64,000 nucleotides of DNA from Botryllus schlosseri. Its lineage: Eukaryota. Location of the stretch: the NCBI GenBank assembly GCA_051294905.1, contig CM119372.1, forward strand, positions 39,868,001 through 39,932,000, read 5' to 3'. Position numbers and translations under genes: made by a program. Below the pieces are notes generated by a model. It was not told the DNA's origin. It did no database searches and saw only the letters and a list, made by a program, of their open reading frames with translations. Shown one piece after another: positions 12,095 to 25,089 of the stretch (within the stretch, counting starts at the first letter, position 1; every line of letters starts with the position of its first letter).

Positions 12095-15000
12095 AGTAGT
12101 TATGTAGATCGGTCGTGATGTGGCAGGGGCTCTTATGGCGGGGTGGCGATTCGCCTGGAAACCCGGGGTGGCGATTCGCCTCTTATCTCTTATGGCGGGG
12201 CCGCGAATCGCCATGTGTTCTTATGGGTGCGGTCGTGATTCGCCTTTTCGGGTATAGGCCGCGGTCGTGATTCGCCGTGAAAACTCGTGGTCGTGACTCG
12301 CCTTTTTTGCTATAGGCGGTGGCGGCGATTCGCCAGTCGCACTTTCAGACATCTCTCGCGTGGTGTTGAATATGTACGAGTCACCAACAATAACCGCACC
12401 AACGGAAACGCGGCTTGCAATAGGATTACGCGTGCGACCCATATTTCGAATGTTGAATTGTAATTGAATGCGAAAATTTATCACCTCGACATCAAAATTC
12501 GAAAACAACAACTTGATGCTTTATGTTCTCACTCTAATTTCATGATAAGTGTAATAAGTGCCGAATAACAGATACACCACCGGCGAGACTTGAATACCAA
12601 CAAATTGTCACTTATTTCTATTCTAGCCGTAATCCTTTGTGAAGTTAACGCTTATTCAAAAATGTGTGAAATATTTGCAAAACCCCGCGATCACTGACAA
12701 GATAATGTCTCGGACATAGTCATCTTTCACGACTTGGTGTCATAGCCATACCGATCGCTCGCGCGGTGAAATTTTAGTAATCAGTTTGACACAGAACTGG
12801 ATTTCACTGGTAAGATTTAATAAATACCGACTAACAGAACCATCAGTGTGGGTAACTTGAATAGCAACAAATTGCCACTTATTACCAACGGGGAAATTCA
12901 CTAAACCACAGTATATTGTGCGATTTTGAAAAACAGATGTTTGGGCTTGCGTTTTGATATGTGCGACCCACTAGCTACATCCGTTTTGCGAACACGGTTT
13001 GTTGTGAGGATTACGCGCGCGCCCTATATTTCGAATGACCCGCGCGCTGAATTGTTACCCGTGCAGCTGTTTCGTGCTACTATCGTATCGATTATTACAC
13101 TAATCCAGTCAGTGCGAAATAGTTTGCTAAATCTAGGAATCAGTCGCATGGTGTTACTTTAGTAATTAGTTTACCACAGAGCCGGCGTAGACGGCGATTC
13201 AAATACCAACAATAACCGTGTTCACATACTAACACTTCAAAAAAGGTGTGAAATATTTGTAAAATCCTACGATCACTGACAAGGGTAACGAATAACAGAA
13301 CCACAACGGCGGCGACTTGAATACCCACAAATTGTCAATTATTGGTCTAACTCGAATCTTTTTAAGAGTATAATCCTTTTGAAACTGAATATTACTTGAC
13401 TTGACCAACTTTCAACTCCGTTTCCGGATCATTCACACATTCCACGCCGCTGTTTTAACACTTATAGAATCAATACCAACTATCTCTAACCCGATAATAT
13501 TCAATCATTTTGGTAATTTGCCAACTTTAAATCCATTCGTCAGATGTACTAAAGGTAAATCCAGATAATCCAAAATGAAATATTTGGACTTTGACATAGT
13601 GTGAATTGAAATAGGATTGACAAACAAGACTACCAACTTTCAACCCACCCATATTTCGAAATTATACGCATATTGATTTGAAACAAGTAATGAAACCTTA
13701 CAACTCTATTCACAACTGAGTTTTCCGTTTATCAAATAGAGTTTCAGTAAATACTATCGCGATATTTTAATGTGTTACTACACACAATAGAATCAATCAA
13801 TGAAATAACACCTGTTGTAAATATTTCTAACTTGACAACCACTTGTGCATACCGCGATCGACTTGTGACGCGATGAGTTAAATCGGAATATTTCAATCTA
13901 TTTGTCGTAACCTTGAACAAACTATCGGGTTATTTTTTGTTGCAATCGAGTGAACGGAAATAGTATTACGTCTCGACATCTCGCCATCTTACCATATTCA
14001 AAGAGTCAACCACGAAAACATTGTCAAGTAAATCCGTTACCCGACCAACTCAAACAGTTAGCCAAGCATACACGAGTCCATACAAACACTAAAACCTAAA
14101 ATCCATAACAAGTTCGGATGTATTCGTATCCCTACGCATCTTTTTTAATCAACTTGAAAAGTCGTTACTATTCTGTAAGATAGAGGGATTACTACGCGGT
14201 ATATTCTGCAAGACAAACTAATTACTACTCGGTATATTTTGTGAGACAAAAGTAATTACTCTTTGGTACAGGGGACTTGAGCTTAACATAATATGTTTGA
14301 GTATACGAGATTTGAAAGTCTGATCGACGTAGTTGCGACTTCATTTCTTACAATCGAACGCTGGTGTTACATTGAAAGTTATCATGCTGTAAACATAAGG
14401 ATTGACACATCGATTTAACATATGTAATAGTTGATCATGACTTGATTATTAAATTATTCGCGTTAATTAGACCCGGCGTTGTGTTGAAAGTTATGACAGC
14501 AACAAACTTTTCAGTACCAATGTTATTAGCATATTAAGCTGTAAAACTATGCGTGTCTGAAATGTTCTTGAATGGAAAATTATTCCACCTTGGTACATAT
14601 CACCCTGCGTATCGCGGATATCAGAAAATATTTTACAAATGTAATTGTCCCCACTAACCAAGACTAAAGATGAAACAACAATTTCCTTTGTTAAACAATA
14701 ACCGGTACAATACTTTATCATCGTAATCAGCAGTGAGAATTGAAACACTTTCGCACATTATCCGGTGTCAAGATATCACACGAGGTGAATTGACATACCG
14801 CCGCTTGCATAATACCTAATCCGTTCACACCATTTCACATACTTTGATCATTACAAAAGTAAATTGGAATATGTTTGCTAGATGCATTCAATTCAGTTAG
14901 AAATGTCTGGTGCACAACAATCGTAATATCAAAAAAGTACTTGCTACACTGTTATTTGCTAAACGTGTTTTGCATTGTTGTTCATTTGTAGTATTGATTG

Positions 15001-18000
15001 TTCTTGAACCCTCAAATAATAATTCCCGACATGAAACCAAGCCACTGAAAGTCGTTACCATCACGAAGAAACAATGTGTACGATGTTTGTCAACTGTATC
15101 CTACCTAGCCACCAGAAAACAATTTTCACTCACTCGAAATGAAACCAATGTGATGGTCTCCATTCGATATTTTGTTTGTGTCAAATACTTTACAATGATC
15201 ACATTTGAGTGGTTGAGGTTTACATCATCAAGCTGTTATTTGTAAATCAAGATTTCGGTAAACTTGTAAATGTATCGTTTAACTAACCAACATTTAGTGA
15301 TTGTTGAACATACGACTTCGAAATACTGCGTTGATCGTAATTTCCATCATCGTGATAATCGAAGTGCATTTCTTTCGAATTCGTAACAACCGGCGTTTCT
15401 ACGACATGATAAATTTTTGACAAGTTATTCTTAGAAGATTGGTTGCATATCGCGAAAAATAATATACCACTCATATTGATACTGTTACTCCATTGATCGA
15501 TATTTTCAAACGAGTAAAATTTATTACTTGAGTTTCTCCGCTTAATGTAAATGCAAACTCAGCCGTCTTTTAACATCACAAAGGCATTGATAAAAAGTAG
15601 GCAATCAAACACAACACTTTGTACGACACTAATTATTGTTCCACACATCTCATTTCATACTAAGTGTATACGAAAGACATTCACGACACATGAAAATATT
15701 CGCTCATGCTACGAACATACGCAATGATTGGTGGTGCTTTCAAACTGTTTGGATATCACAAGAACTTTATTGTCTGAATGGGTGTTCATGTATCTTAATA
15801 ATCAAATAGTTCAACACAGAACTAGTACTAACAGAAACATCAGAGAGTTGTTTACACAAAAGTTTGTATGTGTACAGTATGCGAATACCATGTGTAAGTC
15901 CAGCACAATTGCAGTATCCATCCGAGTTTAGTCAACACAAATTTATTACAACGGAGCCACGTAAACTTTCGTGAAAGAAAAGCATACTCACTTCCAGAGG
16001 GTTATGTCAACACCATAGCAGTAAATCAGCTACTCCAACAACAAAGTACATATGTTTCTAGCCACGATCCTTACATCTTTCACATAGATCAATCTACTTT
16101 GCTAACGAAAAGTGCTGAGTCATCACATGATCGCCCTCACAACAAAACAGCTAGTAGATATTATCATTCAAAATATTCCTAACCCTTTACACACCAGTGA
16201 CAAATCATACAACGAATATGTTTTGTGGGTCGAATTGTTGTTCAGTGTCAAGTCTACCTGTTGAAACGTACATTAAAACAGCGCAATTCAATTAAAACCA
16301 CGAATCTATTTTCATTTCCTCACAAACTGTCACATACAGAAAAATAAATTTTATTCCGCCAAAACATACTTGTAACCAATCACTTTCATTAAACACACAA
16401 CACCATAAAAGTATTTACTTTCTACGACATAGACATTCCGATGTAGTCAAGAAATATTTTTATCAATCAAAATCATCGATTTCTGTTCACGACGTTAGTG
16501 TGTGTATGTCATACCTGTGGACCCCGTATTAAAATGGACACGACACGACTGAATGCAAGGGGGTAGAAGTCTATCGCATCGATTTACATGTGGTCTTCGC
16601 TACGGTTTCAAAAAACGAATCATCTCTTTTGCATTGATCGAGACCGAGCAAGTTAGTTAATGGCCATGATTGTGTTTGTCATATGCGAATGATAGGGTTA
16701 CTGTCAAATCTACATACAACAACCTTCTGGCACTCATAATAGCAATTTCATTCTCTCCCTTCGTAATTGTAGACTCACGACAAGTATATTGTACAACTCG
16801 ACAGCTACGTTTAACAACACCAACGACACTAAACATACGATACCTACCCAAGTAAAATTACCATTTTCACCTGGAGGTCAGTCGTTACCTGAGTAAAAAT
16901 ACCATTATTCTTTGGAGATTTATCGTTTAATCAGAGTAACAAAACATTTTCACTTGGGGGTCTATCGTTTCCAAGAGTAACAAGCCCCCTTTCCTTTGGA
17001 AATCTATTTTTTCCCTGGGTTACAAACCTTTTTCACTTGGAAATATATTTTTTCTCTGGATAACAAACCTTTATCACTTGGAAATATATTTTTTCCCTGG
17101 GTAACAAACCTTTTTCACTTGGAAATATATTTTTTCTCTGGATAACAAACCTTTTTCACTTGGAAATATATTTTTTCTCTGGGTAACAAACCTTTTTCAC
17201 TTGGAAATATATTTTTATCCTACAGCAACAAACCATTTTCACATGGAAAACTACTTTTACCTAGAGTAACTAATCATTTTCTTTTGGAAATATATTTTCT
17301 CCCTGGGTAACAAACCCGTTTCGTTTGGAAAACTATCATTTACCTGAGTACCAATACCGTTTGCACTTGGAAATCTATCTTTTCTCTGGGTAACAATACC
17401 ATTTCCGTTTTGAAAACTGACAACCACACCCGACAATTTGATATTTTTGTATATTGTTACAACGGGCAGTGACAAAATATACACCAACAACGACTCCGAT
17501 ACATTTGTGCAATCGCATATTTACTTGTGTTGGTGCATCCCATCAAAATCATCGGTTACCCACATGCAATGTGCTCTTGTATATCGAAATGTATGTTTGG
17601 AAAATTGGACAATAGGCTTCGATAGGTCTGTGATGTCCGGGTTCGTGATTTGGATTTTCCAGAGTCAAAATGTCTGAATAAAACACCTCCTCGACGATGG
17701 TTGGTATGTGGATAACGGTGTTCGGAAAACGGTTGGATTTATGTCACCCATCGCGATAACAATTCCAGGTCGAGTTTTCCCCCCGCATGTTTACTATATT
17801 GGGTCTTTATTGGTCATGTATGTCTCGACATTCAGTTTGAAATCGGAAACCCTGATAAAGTATGTAACCGGATCCGGATATCAACTCTGAATCGATAAAC
17901 CAATGAACAATATTCAAAGTAAACATGTTACACCCTGTGTTTCCACGAAAAAATACCATCCAGACATACGTCGCGCTTGTTTGCCCACATCAGTATACGC

Positions 18001-18144
18001 GTAAATGGAGGTGTGTGACATTGCATGCAATGTGTTGGTATACAAACATCGATCCACAGACATTATCATAGCCGGTAATTTTGATGCAGATCGAATGTCA
18101 CCCGATAACAATACCAATAAGCCACATTGCAACGACTCTGAGTC
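12095..18144 (+). repeat. Left inverted arm (6,050 bp)
   Basis: Reverse complement of 19040-25089; I noticed only one mismatch by eye (13347 C vs 23837 T). Confidence 0.97.
16844..17414 (-). repeat. 41-42-bp minisatellite (about 14 units), left arm copy
   Basis: Unit approximately CAAACCTTTTTCACTTGGAAATATATTTTTTCTCTGGGTAA; mirror of 19770-20340. Confidence 0.9.
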
Positions 18145-18657
18145 CGCGCTATTACATCGATATTTCCACACCGTTCACTGATTTACTCGATGGTGTTATT
18201 GTGTTGTAACATTACAAGATAGTCACGGCCCTATCTCCGGACAGACCACCCAGACCAATTGGATACATCGGTCAATATCCGTCGTGTTGTCCGAGGTTTT
18301 CTGCTGCAGTGTTTGACCAAGGTGAACTATCGAATCACGGGTGCTCGAAATGATTGCCATCAGTCTTTCAGTCACGATGCATGGATGTCGCTACTCCCAC
18401 ATAACGACTCCAGATAAATATCGTGATTCTGAAAATCTCGGACTGATACTGTGATCCAATAAGGTGTGTTTATGTGGAATGAAGACTGCAATCGTACACC
18501 ACAATAGAACACTACCTCGCGATTTCACACGCAATCATAAACACACATCATCGTAAGGGTCCAGTTCGTCCGGTTTCGAAACGGTCATCGCCACAAGAGA
18601 TCGGTATCATTTTGAAACGACATCGTCACAAGTCTATTGACGTCGATTCTGTTGGTC

Positions 18658-18939
18658 ATGTCAATCCGTTTCACAATCCACCGTTTTTCAACTCCCCGCA
18701 CCATAGTGTTACGACACAGACAAGAAGCGTCGGTGGAAATAATAAAACACGGAAAGCACACTTTGGTCTTATTTGACATGGATTTTACACCCGACGAACC
18801 TTACATTCGAGCGATGCATTGGAATGACGCTTGTATTATTGACGTAGAAGGAACAGAAATGTATCGATTTATTGGTTTCGTACATATCCAACAAAAACCA
18901 GGGTATATGATTGTGCATGGTTCGCATATTCGACTGTGA
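18658..18939 (+). CDS. Possible small orphan protein (about 93 aa) in the palindrome spacer
   Basis: ATG-started open frame MSIRFTIHRFSTPRTIVL...GYMIVHGSHIRL with protein-like composition; no family recognised. Confidence 0.25.
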   Translation: MSIRFTIHRFSTPRTIVLRHRQEASVEIIKHGKHTLVLFDMDFTPDEPYIRAMHWNDACIIDVEGTEMYRFIGFVHIQQKPGYMIVHGSHIRL

Positions 18940-19039
18940 ACGCTCTATTGGTATATGTTGTACAGTTCACTTTCACCGTCGTGCGAATAACCCATGTTAC
19001 GGTTCCATGTTTGTGTGTCTGTATGTCATACTTCAGATT

Positions 19040-22000
19040 GACTCAGAGTCGTTGCAATGTGGCTTATTGGTATTGTTATCGGGTGACATTCGATCTGCAT
19101 CAAAATTACCGGCTATGATAATGTCTGTGGATCGATGTTTGTATACCAACACATTGCATGCAATGTCACACACCTCCATTTACGCGTATACTGATGTGGG
19201 CAAACAAGCGCGACGTATGTCTGGATGGTATTTTTTCGTGGAAACACAGGGTGTAACATGTTTACTTTGAATATTGTTCATTGGTTTATCGATTCAGAGT
19301 TGATATCCGGATCCGGTTACATACTTTATCAGGGTTTCCGATTTCAAACTGAATGTCGAGACATACATGACCAATAAAGACCCAATATAGTAAACATGCG
19401 GGGGGAAAACTCGACCTGGAATTGTTATCGCGATGGGTGACATAAATCCAACCGTTTTCCGAACACCGTTATCCACATACCAACCATCGTCGAGGAGGTG
19501 TTTTATTCAGACATTTTGACTCTGGAAAATCCAAATCACGAACCCGGACATCACAGACCTATCGAAGCCTATTGTCCAATTTTCCAAACATACATTTCGA
19601 TATACAAGAGCACATTGCATGTGGGTAACCGATGATTTTGATGGGATGCACCAACACAAGTAAATATGCGATTGCACAAATGTATCGGAGTCGTTGTTGG
19701 TGTATATTTTGTCACTGCCCGTTGTAACAATATACAAAAATATCAAATTGTCGGGTGTGGTTGTCAGTTTTCAAAACGGAAATGGTATTGTTACCCAGAG
19801 AAAAGATAGATTTCCAAGTGCAAACGGTATTGGTACTCAGGTAAATGATAGTTTTCCAAACGAAACGGGTTTGTTACCCAGGGAGAAAATATATTTCCAA
19901 AAGAAAATGATTAGTTACTCTAGGTAAAAGTAGTTTTCCATGTGAAAATGGTTTGTTGCTGTAGGATAAAAATATATTTCCAAGTGAAAAAGGTTTGTTA
20001 CCCAGAGAAAAAATATATTTCCAAGTGAAAAAGGTTTGTTATCCAGAGAAAAAATATATTTCCAAGTGAAAAAGGTTTGTTACCCAGGGAAAAAATATAT
20101 TTCCAAGTGATAAAGGTTTGTTATCCAGAGAAAAAATATATTTCCAAGTGAAAAAGGTTTGTAACCCAGGGAAAAAATAGATTTCCAAAGGAAAGGGGGC
20201 TTGTTACTCTTGGAAACGATAGACCCCCAAGTGAAAATGTTTTGTTACTCTGATTAAACGATAAATCTCCAAAGAATAATGGTATTTTTACTCAGGTAAC
20301 GACTGACCTCCAGGTGAAAATGGTAATTTTACTTGGGTAGGTATCGTATGTTTAGTGTCGTTGGTGTTGTTAAACGTAGCTGTCGAGTTGTACAATATAC
20401 TTGTCGTGAGTCTACAATTACGAAGGGAGAGAATGAAATTGCTATTATGAGTGCCAGAAGGTTGTTGTATGTAGATTTGACAGTAACCCTATCATTCGCA
20501 TATGACAAACACAATCATGGCCATTAACTAACTTGCTCGGTCTCGATCAATGCAAAAGAGATGATTCGTTTTTTGAAACCGTAGCGAAGACCACATGTAA
20601 ATCGATGCGATAGACTTCTACCCCCTTGCATTCAGTCGTGTCGTGTCCATTTTAATACGGGGTCCACAGGTATGACATACACACACTAACGTCGTGAACA
20701 GAAATCGATGATTTTGATTGATAAAAATATTTCTTGACTACATCGGAATGTCTATGTCGTAGAAAGTAAATACTTTTATGGTGTTGTGTGTTTAATGAAA
20801 GTGATTGGTTACAAGTATGTTTTGGCGGAATAAAATTTATTTTTCTGTATGTGACAGTTTGTGAGGAAATGAAAATAGATTCGTGGTTTTAATTGAATTG
20901 CGCTGTTTTAATGTACGTTTCAACAGGTAGACTTGACACTGAACAACAATTCGACCCACAAAACATATTCGTTGTATGATTTGTCACTGGTGTGTAAAGG
21001 GTTAGGAATATTTTGAATGATAATATCTACTAGCTGTTTTGTTGTGAGGGCGATCATGTGATGACTCAGCACTTTTCGTTAGCAAAGTAGATTGATCTAT
21101 GTGAAAGATGTAAGGATCGTGGCTAGAAACATATGTACTTTGTTGTTGGAGTAGCTGATTTACTGCTATGGTGTTGACATAACCCTCTGGAAGTGAGTAT
21201 GCTTTTCTTTCACGAAAGTTTACGTGGCTCCGTTGTAATAAATTTGTGTTGACTAAACTCGGATGGATACTGCAATTGTGCTGGACTTACACATGGTATT
21301 CGCATACTGTACACATACAAACTTTTGTGTAAACAACTCTCTGATGTTTCTGTTAGTACTAGTTCTGTGTTGAACTATTTGATTATTAAGATACATGAAC
21401 ACCCATTCAGACAATAAAGTTCTTGTGATATCCAAACAGTTTGAAAGCACCACCAATCATTGCGTATGTTCGTAGCATGAGCGAATATTTTCATGTGTCG
21501 TGAATGTCTTTCGTATACACTTAGTATGAAATGAGATGTGTGGAACAATAATTAGTGTCGTACAAAGTGTTGTGTTTGATTGCCTACTTTTTATCAATGC
21601 CTTTGTGATGTTAAAAGACGGCTGAGTTTGCATTTACATTAAGCGGAGAAACTCAAGTAATAAATTTTACTCGTTTGAAAATATCGATCAATGGAGTAAC
21701 AGTATCAATATGAGTGGTATATTATTTTTCGCGATATGCAACCAATCTTCTAAGAATAACTTGTCAAAAATTTATCATGTCGTAGAAACGCCGGTTGTTA
21801 CGAATTCGAAAGAAATGCACTTCGATTATCACGATGATGGAAATTACGATCAACGCAGTATTTCGAAGTCGTATGTTCAACAATCACTAAATGTTGGTTA
21901 GTTAAACGATACATTTACAAGTTTACCGAAATCTTGATTTACAAATAACAGCTTGATGATGTAAACCTCAACCACTCAAATGTGATCATTGTAAAGTATT

Positions 22001-25000
22001 TGACACAAACAAAATATCGAATGGAGACCATCACATTGGTTTCATTTCGAGTGAGTGAAAATTGTTTTCTGGTGGCTAGGTAGGATACAGTTGACAAACA
22101 TCGTACACATTGTTTCTTCGTGATGGTAACGACTTTCAGTGGCTTGGTTTCATGTCGGGAATTATTATTTGAGGGTTCAAGAACAATCAATACTACAAAT
22201 GAACAACAATGCAAAACACGTTTAGCAAATAACAGTGTAGCAAGTACTTTTTTGATATTACGATTGTTGTGCACCAGACATTTCTAACTGAATTGAATGC
22301 ATCTAGCAAACATATTCCAATTTACTTTTGTAATGATCAAAGTATGTGAAATGGTGTGAACGGATTAGGTATTATGCAAGCGGCGGTATGTCAATTCACC
22401 TCGTGTGATATCTTGACACCGGATAATGTGCGAAAGTGTTTCAATTCTCACTGCTGATTACGATGATAAAGTATTGTACCGGTTATTGTTTAACAAAGGA
22501 AATTGTTGTTTCATCTTTAGTCTTGGTTAGTGGGGACAATTACATTTGTAAAATATTTTCTGATATCCGCGATACGCAGGGTGATATGTACCAAGGTGGA
22601 ATAATTTTCCATTCAAGAACATTTCAGACACGCATAGTTTTACAGCTTAATATGCTAATAACATTGGTACTGAAAAGTTTGTTGCTGTCATAACTTTCAA
22701 CACAACGCCGGGTCTAATTAACGCGAATAATTTAATAATCAAGTCATGATCAACTATTACATATGTTAAATCGATGTGTCAATCCTTATGTTTACAGCAT
22801 GATAACTTTCAATGTAACACCAGCGTTCGATTGTAAGAAATGAAGTCGCAACTACGTCGATCAGACTTTCAAATCTCGTATACTCAAACATATTATGTTA
22901 AGCTCAAGTCCCCTGTACCAAAGAGTAATTACTTTTGTCTCACAAAATATACCGAGTAGTAATTAGTTTGTCTTGCAGAATATACCGCGTAGTAATCCCT
23001 CTATCTTACAGAATAGTAACGACTTTTCAAGTTGATTAAAAAAGATGCGTAGGGATACGAATACATCCGAACTTGTTATGGATTTTAGGTTTTAGTGTTT
23101 GTATGGACTCGTGTATGCTTGGCTAACTGTTTGAGTTGGTCGGGTAACGGATTTACTTGACAATGTTTTCGTGGTTGACTCTTTGAATATGGTAAGATGG
23201 CGAGATGTCGAGACGTAATACTATTTCCGTTCACTCGATTGCAACAAAAAATAACCCGATAGTTTGTTCAAGGTTACGACAAATAGATTGAAATATTCCG
23301 ATTTAACTCATCGCGTCACAAGTCGATCGCGGTATGCACAAGTGGTTGTCAAGTTAGAAATATTTACAACAGGTGTTATTTCATTGATTGATTCTATTGT
23401 GTGTAGTAACACATTAAAATATCGCGATAGTATTTACTGAAACTCTATTTGATAAACGGAAAACTCAGTTGTGAATAGAGTTGTAAGGTTTCATTACTTG
23501 TTTCAAATCAATATGCGTATAATTTCGAAATATGGGTGGGTTGAAAGTTGGTAGTCTTGTTTGTCAATCCTATTTCAATTCACACTATGTCAAAGTCCAA
23601 ATATTTCATTTTGGATTATCTGGATTTACCTTTAGTACATCTGACGAATGGATTTAAAGTTGGCAAATTACCAAAATGATTGAATATTATCGGGTTAGAG
23701 ATAGTTGGTATTGATTCTATAAGTGTTAAAACAGCGGCGTGGAATGTGTGAATGATCCGGAAACGGAGTTGAAAGTTGGTCAAGTCAAGTAATATTCAGT
23801 TTCAAAAGGATTATACTCTTAAAAAGATTCGAGTTATACCAATAATTGACAATTTGTGGGTATTCAAGTCGCCGCCGTTGTGGTTCTGTTATTCGTTACC
23901 CTTGTCAGTGATCGTAGGATTTTACAAATATTTCACACCTTTTTTGAAGTGTTAGTATGTGAACACGGTTATTGTTGGTATTTGAATCGCCGTCTACGCC
24001 GGCTCTGTGGTAAACTAATTACTAAAGTAACACCATGCGACTGATTCCTAGATTTAGCAAACTATTTCGCACTGACTGGATTAGTGTAATAATCGATACG
24101 ATAGTAGCACGAAACAGCTGCACGGGTAACAATTCAGCGCGCGGGTCATTCGAAATATAGGGCGCGCGCGTAATCCTCACAACAAACCGTGTTCGCAAAA
24201 CGGATGTAGCTAGTGGGTCGCACATATCAAAACGCAAGCCCAAACATCTGTTTTTCAAAATCGCACAATATACTGTGGTTTAGTGAATTTCCCCGTTGGT
24301 AATAAGTGGCAATTTGTTGCTATTCAAGTTACCCACACTGATGGTTCTGTTAGTCGGTATTTATTAAATCTTACCAGTGAAATCCAGTTCTGTGTCAAAC
24401 TGATTACTAAAATTTCACCGCGCGAGCGATCGGTATGGCTATGACACCAAGTCGTGAAAGATGACTATGTCCGAGACATTATCTTGTCAGTGATCGCGGG
24501 GTTTTGCAAATATTTCACACATTTTTGAATAAGCGTTAACTTCACAAAGGATTACGGCTAGAATAGAAATAAGTGACAATTTGTTGGTATTCAAGTCTCG
24601 CCGGTGGTGTATCTGTTATTCGGCACTTATTACACTTATCATGAAATTAGAGTGAGAACATAAAGCATCAAGTTGTTGTTTTCGAATTTTGATGTCGAGG
24701 TGATAAATTTTCGCATTCAATTACAATTCAACATTCGAAATATGGGTCGCACGCGTAATCCTATTGCAAGCCGCGTTTCCGTTGGTGCGGTTATTGTTGG
24801 TGACTCGTACATATTCAACACCACGCGAGAGATGTCTGAAAGTGCGACTGGCGAATCGCCGCCACCGCCTATAGCAAAAAAGGCGAGTCACGACCACGAG
24901 TTTTCACGGCGAATCACGACCGCGGCCTATACCCGAAAAGGCGAATCACGACCGCACCCATAAGAACACATGGCGATTCGCGGCCCCGCCATAAGAGATA

Positions 25001-25089
25001 AGAGGCGAATCGCCACCCCGGGTTTCCAGGCGAATCGCCACCCCGCCATAAGAGCCCCTGCCACATCACGACCGATCTACATAACTACT
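19040..25089 (-). repeat. Right inverted arm (6,050 bp)
   Basis: Reverse complement of 12095-18144. Confidence 0.97.
19770..20340 (+). repeat. 41-42-bp minisatellite (about 14 units), right arm copy
   Basis: CAAGTG core at 19981, 20022, 20063, 20104 and 20145 (period 41); more diverged 41-42-bp units at both edges. Confidence 0.9.

Larger units (their letters stand above)
12095..25089. mobile_element. Giant palindromic non-autonomous Polinton/Maverick-like element (12,995 bp)
   Basis: Termini AGTAGTTATG...CATAACTACT; 6-bp TSD CACCAC at 12089-12094 and 25090-25095. Arms mirror about coordinate sum 37184, and every ORF in the track has an identical mirror copy. Confidence 0.8.

Noticed and set aside
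12111..12334. CRISPR-like repeat/spacer array
   Set aside because: The repeats are only 11-14 bp, the linkers are short and related to each other, there are no cas genes, and the context is eukaryotic.
19770..20340. CRISPR array
   Set aside because: These are head-to-tail tandem units with no unique spacers, i.e. a minisatellite.
24673..24963. 96-aa ORF (and its mirror 12221-12511) as a terminal protein gene
   Set aside because: It has a non-ATG start, runs through the GC-rich box array and shows no recognisable domain.
12095..25089. Giant palindrome as a sequencing or assembly fold-back artefact
   Set aside because: Unique flanks on both sides, a clean 6-bp TSD, transposon-like termini, an 895-bp unique spacer, at least one arm mismatch and continuity of the interrupted 83-bp duplication all argue that it is real. 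It cannot be fully excluded without reads.
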